A DNA stretch of 64,000 bases. It comes from an uncultured Chloroflexia bacterium (lineage in GTDB: Bacteria > Chloroflexota > Anaerolineae > B4-G1 > SLSP01). Of the stretch, positions 59,861 to 64,000 are shown in pieces (the stretch's first letter is position 1; each line of letters starts with the position of its first letter). Under the pieces are notes generated by a model. It ran no database searches. It was not told where the DNA came from and was given only the letters and a program-made list of their open reading frames with translations. Location of the stretch: the NCBI GenBank assembly GCA_963751345.1, contig CAVVUS010000034.1, positions 26,963 to 90,962 on the forward strand. The letters are read 5' to 3'. The position numbers and the translations under genes are program-made.

Positions 59861-60914
59861 ATGAAACATCCAACATCCAACGTCCAACATCCAGTATCCA
59901 GTTCCGCTCGCGTCCTGCTCGCGCACGGCAGCGGGGGTATGCTCAGCCACGAGCTGATCCGCGACGTCTTCGTTCGCCATTTCGACAACCCCCACCTTGC
60001 CACGATGGGTGACTCGGCCGTGTTGGGCGAGCTGCCGGCGGGCCGCCTGGCGTTGACGACCGACTCCTACGTCGTGCACCCGATCTTCTTCCCGGGGGGC
60101 GATATCGGCGAGTTGGCCGTCTGCGGCACCGTCAACGATCTGGCCGTGATGGGTGCCCGGCCCCTCTACCTGACCGCCGGCTTTATCCTGGAGGAGGGGC
60201 TGCCGATGGCGGAGCTCGAGCGCGTCGTGGCCAGCATGGCCGCCACCGCGCGGGAGGCCGGCGTCCAGATTGTCACAGGAGATACCAAGGTCGTCGACCG
60301 GGGCGCGGCGGACGGGCTCTTCATCAATACGGCGGGCGTGGGGATCGTGCCGCCCGGCATCGATCTCGGTCCGCACCGGCTTCAGCCGGGCGATGTGCTG
60401 CTGGTCAACGGCACCATCGGCGACCACGGAATGGCCGTGATGATGAAACGAGAGGGCCTCAACTTCGGATCGTCCCTCGAGAGCGACGCCGCACCCCTGA
60501 ACGGGCTGATCGGCAGCCTGCTCGCCGGATACTCGGACGCCGTCCACTGCATGCGAGACGCCACACGCGGCGGGCTGGCCACCGTGCTCAACGAATGGGC
60601 CGAGAGTGCAGACGTGGGTATCGAGGTCACAGAGAGCCGGATTCCTGTCCGCGAGGAAGTCCGCGCGGCGTGCGAGTTCCTGGGGCTCGACCCGCTTGTA
60701 CGCCGCCAATGAGGGCAAAGTCATTATCGCCGTCGAGGCGGAGAGCGCAGACGCGGCCCTCGACGTCTTGAGACAGCATCCGCTGGGGCAGGAGGCCGCG
60801 ATTGTCGGACGGGTCACTGACACGCACCGGGGCCGGGTGACGCTCGAGACGCCCTACGGCGCTCGGCGCGTCATTCAGATGCTCACCGGCGCCCAGCTCC
60901 CCCGCATCTGCTGA
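59861..60914 (+). CDS. hypE: Carbamoyl dehydratase HypE (frameshift near 60698)
   Basis: LAHGSGG, TDSYVV.PIFFPGGDIG, GDTKVV, RDATRGG, ANEG, C-terminal LPRIC. Confidence 0.96.
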
Positions 60915-61040
60915 GCGCTGACACTCTCTTCGGGGTAGGCATCCTGTGCATCTCACCACCTGCAGGTAGAGCGCACGAGTGACCTCGTCTGATGTGTGTG
61001 TCGATGACTTTCACTTATACCAAGGGAAGTCAGGCCACTG

Positions 61041-61550
61041 TTACGGCCAGACAAAGATGCACATCGCAGCCTGGGGTTGTGTGTACAGGAACACGACCAG
61101 CAAGGTCAGACGCGAATGCCACAGGAAATAGCGTAGATAGCTACTCCCCAAATCGAAGCCGTGCTTCCAGAAGTCACCAAACATCTTCTCAATCCACATG
61201 CGGCGTTTGCAGATGCGCAGCGCGTCCCGCGAGCTGGGCACATTGGTGGCCAAGAGCCAAGGCTCCAGCTCACCTGCTTTCCACCAAGCAATCAGATGCA
61301 CCGCACGCCATAGCCGTGTTCCCGCGTCAGCTTCGCGTCGGGCAGCCACCGCGGATGTGTGCCTTGCTGCGTCAAATCGTAAAGCGCCACTACGCGTGCT
61401 GGTCCGGTAACTTGGCCCGTTTCTCGCCTTTCTGGCACATCACGTAGTACTTCGTCACTGATTGAGCCGCGTGTCTCATCACGGCCCTGAACCCACAGTC
61501 TTCAGCAAGCAACACCTGGGCGGGCGACCCGTGCAGGAAGTTGGTCCATA
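61041..61550 (-). pseudogene. Degenerate IS4-family transposase fragment
   Basis: EPWLLATN...RRMWIEKMFGD..HGFDL.SS.L...SRLTL resembles the Y-R-E-K region with substitutions; upstream part has stops. Confidence 0.7.
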
Positions 61551-61591
61551 CAATGAGAACGACCTTACGAAGAAAGGTGCGAGACGCAACA

Positions 61592-63506
61592 ATGGACGAC
61601 TTCGTACCGTTAGTTGAGCAAGCTCAGACCGGTGACGAACAGGCCTACGGCGAGCTGGTACAGCGGTTCCGGGATATGGCCTACGGCTATGCGTACGCGA
61701 TCCTCAAGAACTTTCAGCTCGCCGAGGATGCCGCCCAAGAAGCCTTTGTCGATGCCTACCGGAATCTGCCAAAGCTGGCCGTGCCGGGCCTTTCCGGTGT
61801 GGCTCAAACGCATCATCTACAAACACTGCGACCGGATCACACGCGGCAAACGCCCGGTGCTCACGCCACTGGACAGGGCCTATAGCCTCGTCATCCACGG
61901 CTGGGCCGGAGGAGATGGCCGAGCGCCACGATCTCCAAGCCCAAGTGCTGGAAGCGATAAGTGCGCTGTCGGACAGGCAGCGGCCGTCACGGCGCTCTAT
62001 TACATCAACGGCTACTCAAGAACGAGATCGCGGCTTTCCTTGACGTGCCGACCTCGACGGTGAAGAGCCGTCTTCACACGTCACGACAGCGGCTGAGGGA
62101 GACGATGATCGACATGATTCGCGACGCGCTGCGGAGCAATGCCTTGCCCGAGAGCTTCACCGAGGAGACACTGACACGGGCAGTCGAGGAGGCAGCGGCC
62201 CTAAACACGGCCCGTCAGTATGGTGAGGCCGAGGAGCTGCTGCGCGACGTGCTGGTCAAAATGTCGGCCTGGCTACGGAAATTCAGGTGAAGGCGCTGAA
62301 GGAACTCAACCGGACGTTGATCCGCGGGCAGAGTGTCGAGGGCGATTCGACGAACGCTGGAACGAGCTTGCGGTTAATGGGCACGCCATATTGGCCTCTG
62401 GCTGCGAAGATGAAAAGGTCTATCGGGAATTAGCAAACACGTTGATGTATATCCCCCGGATGCCAGAAGCCATCGTACATATCGAGACGTGGATCGCAAG
62501 GAAGGGGCCGAACCCCGAGCGGGTGGGCAACTGGCCTGGACCAAGGGCTGTATGGCTATTACGCAGCGGCACAGGCACTGTGGGCACAGCACTTGCATTT
62601 AGCGCATGCGTTGGCCGCTGAAATGACGGAGACGGATACATTGATCGATACGTCTGGTGCACCGCTCTAACCCTTGTCGACTGTTTTGCAGCGGCGGGTC
62701 TCCTCCGCAGGCAGGCAGCGTTGCCGAAGACGCGTGGGCTCTCTGCCAAGACCTGGGTGATATCAGCCTCAACACTCTCGGGGCGATCCCGACTGGCTGT
62801 GGATCCACCATATGGCGGGTCTCCCTCCTGGCAATGTGGCTCAGTTCCTCATCGACAAGTGGTCGCTGCGCGCCGGCGATGAAGCCGAGGGCTTGGTGCT
62901 CTGTCTTAGAGAATGGACTGAGCCATCTGAAGCGCTACTGGACCACTGGCTGGCTTGGGTGGAACGACAGGCCGTCGCAAAGAATCGGGACGTCATTCGG
63001 TGGATGCGCGGCCAGATCACCCGGGGCTTTCACGCGCGCGGCCTTCCCGAAGCCCGCACGGCACTCTCCGAGGCGACGTGGAATCTGCTGACGCTCGCGC
63101 CGGAGGCCATACGTGTGCCCTGGCAGTGGGAATGCTTTGACGTCTGGGCCTATCTTGACGTCGGCGACCTGGAGGGCGCGGCGAGGGTGGCGGAGCGTGC
63201 TACGGAGGCGATGGGACCGGCCTTTGGGGGACCACTTCAAATCCAAGTCGCTGCCGCACGAGGTGCTTCCACGCCGTGGGACTCGTACGCCTGGTCGAAG
63301 ACAACGGGATTCAGGCCGTGGACAGCTACGGGATGTCCGGCTGGTACCTGGTTGCCCGTGAGGCCGCGGCATCCGGGGACAAGGCAACGGCGGTCAACGC
63401 CCTCCGGCGCACGTTGAGCTACTGGACCAATCCACCCCTGGGCTTCCTATCGCTTTGGGAAAACGACTCCTATTGGGGCGCGGTGGCGACGAGCCTGAAG
63501 TCCTAG
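61592..63506 (+). CDS. ECF sigma factor with a long C-terminal extension (many frameshifts)
   Basis: GDEQAYGELV, AEDAAQEAF, FPVWLKRI, EIAAFLDVPTSTVKSRLHTSRQRLR; continues in helical fragments to about 63506. Confidence 0.7.
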
Positions 63507-63683
63507 CGCTCTTCGCGGAGAGACGTGCCCGGATTCGGCCGATTCATGGTTGCTTCACTATTTCCCTGGTTGGTGAGCGGATATCTCAACCAGCGTGGCT
63601 CGATTTGGGACCTTTATAGTAGGCAATTGTCCCGTCGAGTCGCACAGATGGAAACACGCAAGTTTCAAACCAAGGGAATCCCA

Positions 63684-64000
63684 ATGACTGCAACGCAACC
63701 ACTGCTAGCTTACCTTAGGACCACGACTCAAGCGACGCGTCGCACAACTCGGGTACTCACCCAAGCCATCCGGCTTCTCTAGGGAGGCGAGCCCGACCCA
63801 CACACTCCCTCTCCGGCGTGCTCTATGCCGTGCAAGGCATTGTCCCGCCGGTCAAGATCTGGCTGATGAAGGTGCTGATCGACCGGATTGCGGCTTCCAT
63901 ACAGGGAGCCTCGCTGACGGGCTGGCACGACTGGCTCTGGCCCGCGGCCTTACTTCTAGTCGGCGGGCTTGGTGAAGATGTGGGCCCAGTCGGCCTCGCA
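63684..64000 (+). CDS. Probable N-terminus of an ABC exporter (TM plus ATPase type); partial and frameshifted
   Basis: QAIRLL..ASP...VQGIVPPVKIWLMKVLIDRI. Confidence 0.45.

Noticed and set aside
1-64000. Numerous split genes as pseudogenes or programmed frameshifts
   Set aside because: Single-base indels hit many unrelated conserved genes (pdxA, ubiX, hypE, hypF, GH38, SPS) with both halves otherwise intact and no common slippery motif; sequencing error is more parsimonious.
1-64000. CRISPR array, tRNA or rRNA genes
   Set aside because: No regularly spaced 25-40-nt direct repeats, cloverleaf or rRNA signatures noticed by eye; tRNAscan-SE and cmscan would be needed to exclude them fully.

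Overview
High-GC bacterial chromosome segment, most consistent with an anaerobic Chloroflexota (Anaerolineae-like) genome. This is an inference from YLPLV-tailed secreted proteins, repeat types and gene content. Many genes are broken by 1-nt indels, including conserved ones such as hypE, hypF, ubiX and pdxA. I read this as an unpolished long-read assembly and give merged coordinates. Left part: a minus-strand catabolic run (M14 peptidase, PdxA2, DUF1537 four-carbon acid-sugar kinase, sugar isomerase, amidohydrolase, methyltransferase, response regulator, GH38 mannosidase, non-pyrrolysine MttB), then an Fe/B12-type ABC importer. Middle: housekeeping and envelope genes (M16C protease, rph, rplS, NAD kinase, hisS, S8 and M14 exopeptidases, SPS-like glycosyltransferase) and a candidate stand-alone small RNA with a near-consensus promoter. 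Right part (41.9-60.9 kb): a ~19 kb [NiFe]-hydrogenase locus. It has a DRTGG/CBS-kinase/PHP signalling cassette, two different NuoE/NuoF diaphorase pairs (one with electron-bifurcating signatures, one without), a NuoG-like FeS subunit with no H-cluster, HoxY/HoxH, a protease and hypABFCDE. An IS4 remnant and a long ECF sigma factor follow. I saw no rRNA, tRNA or CRISPR array.
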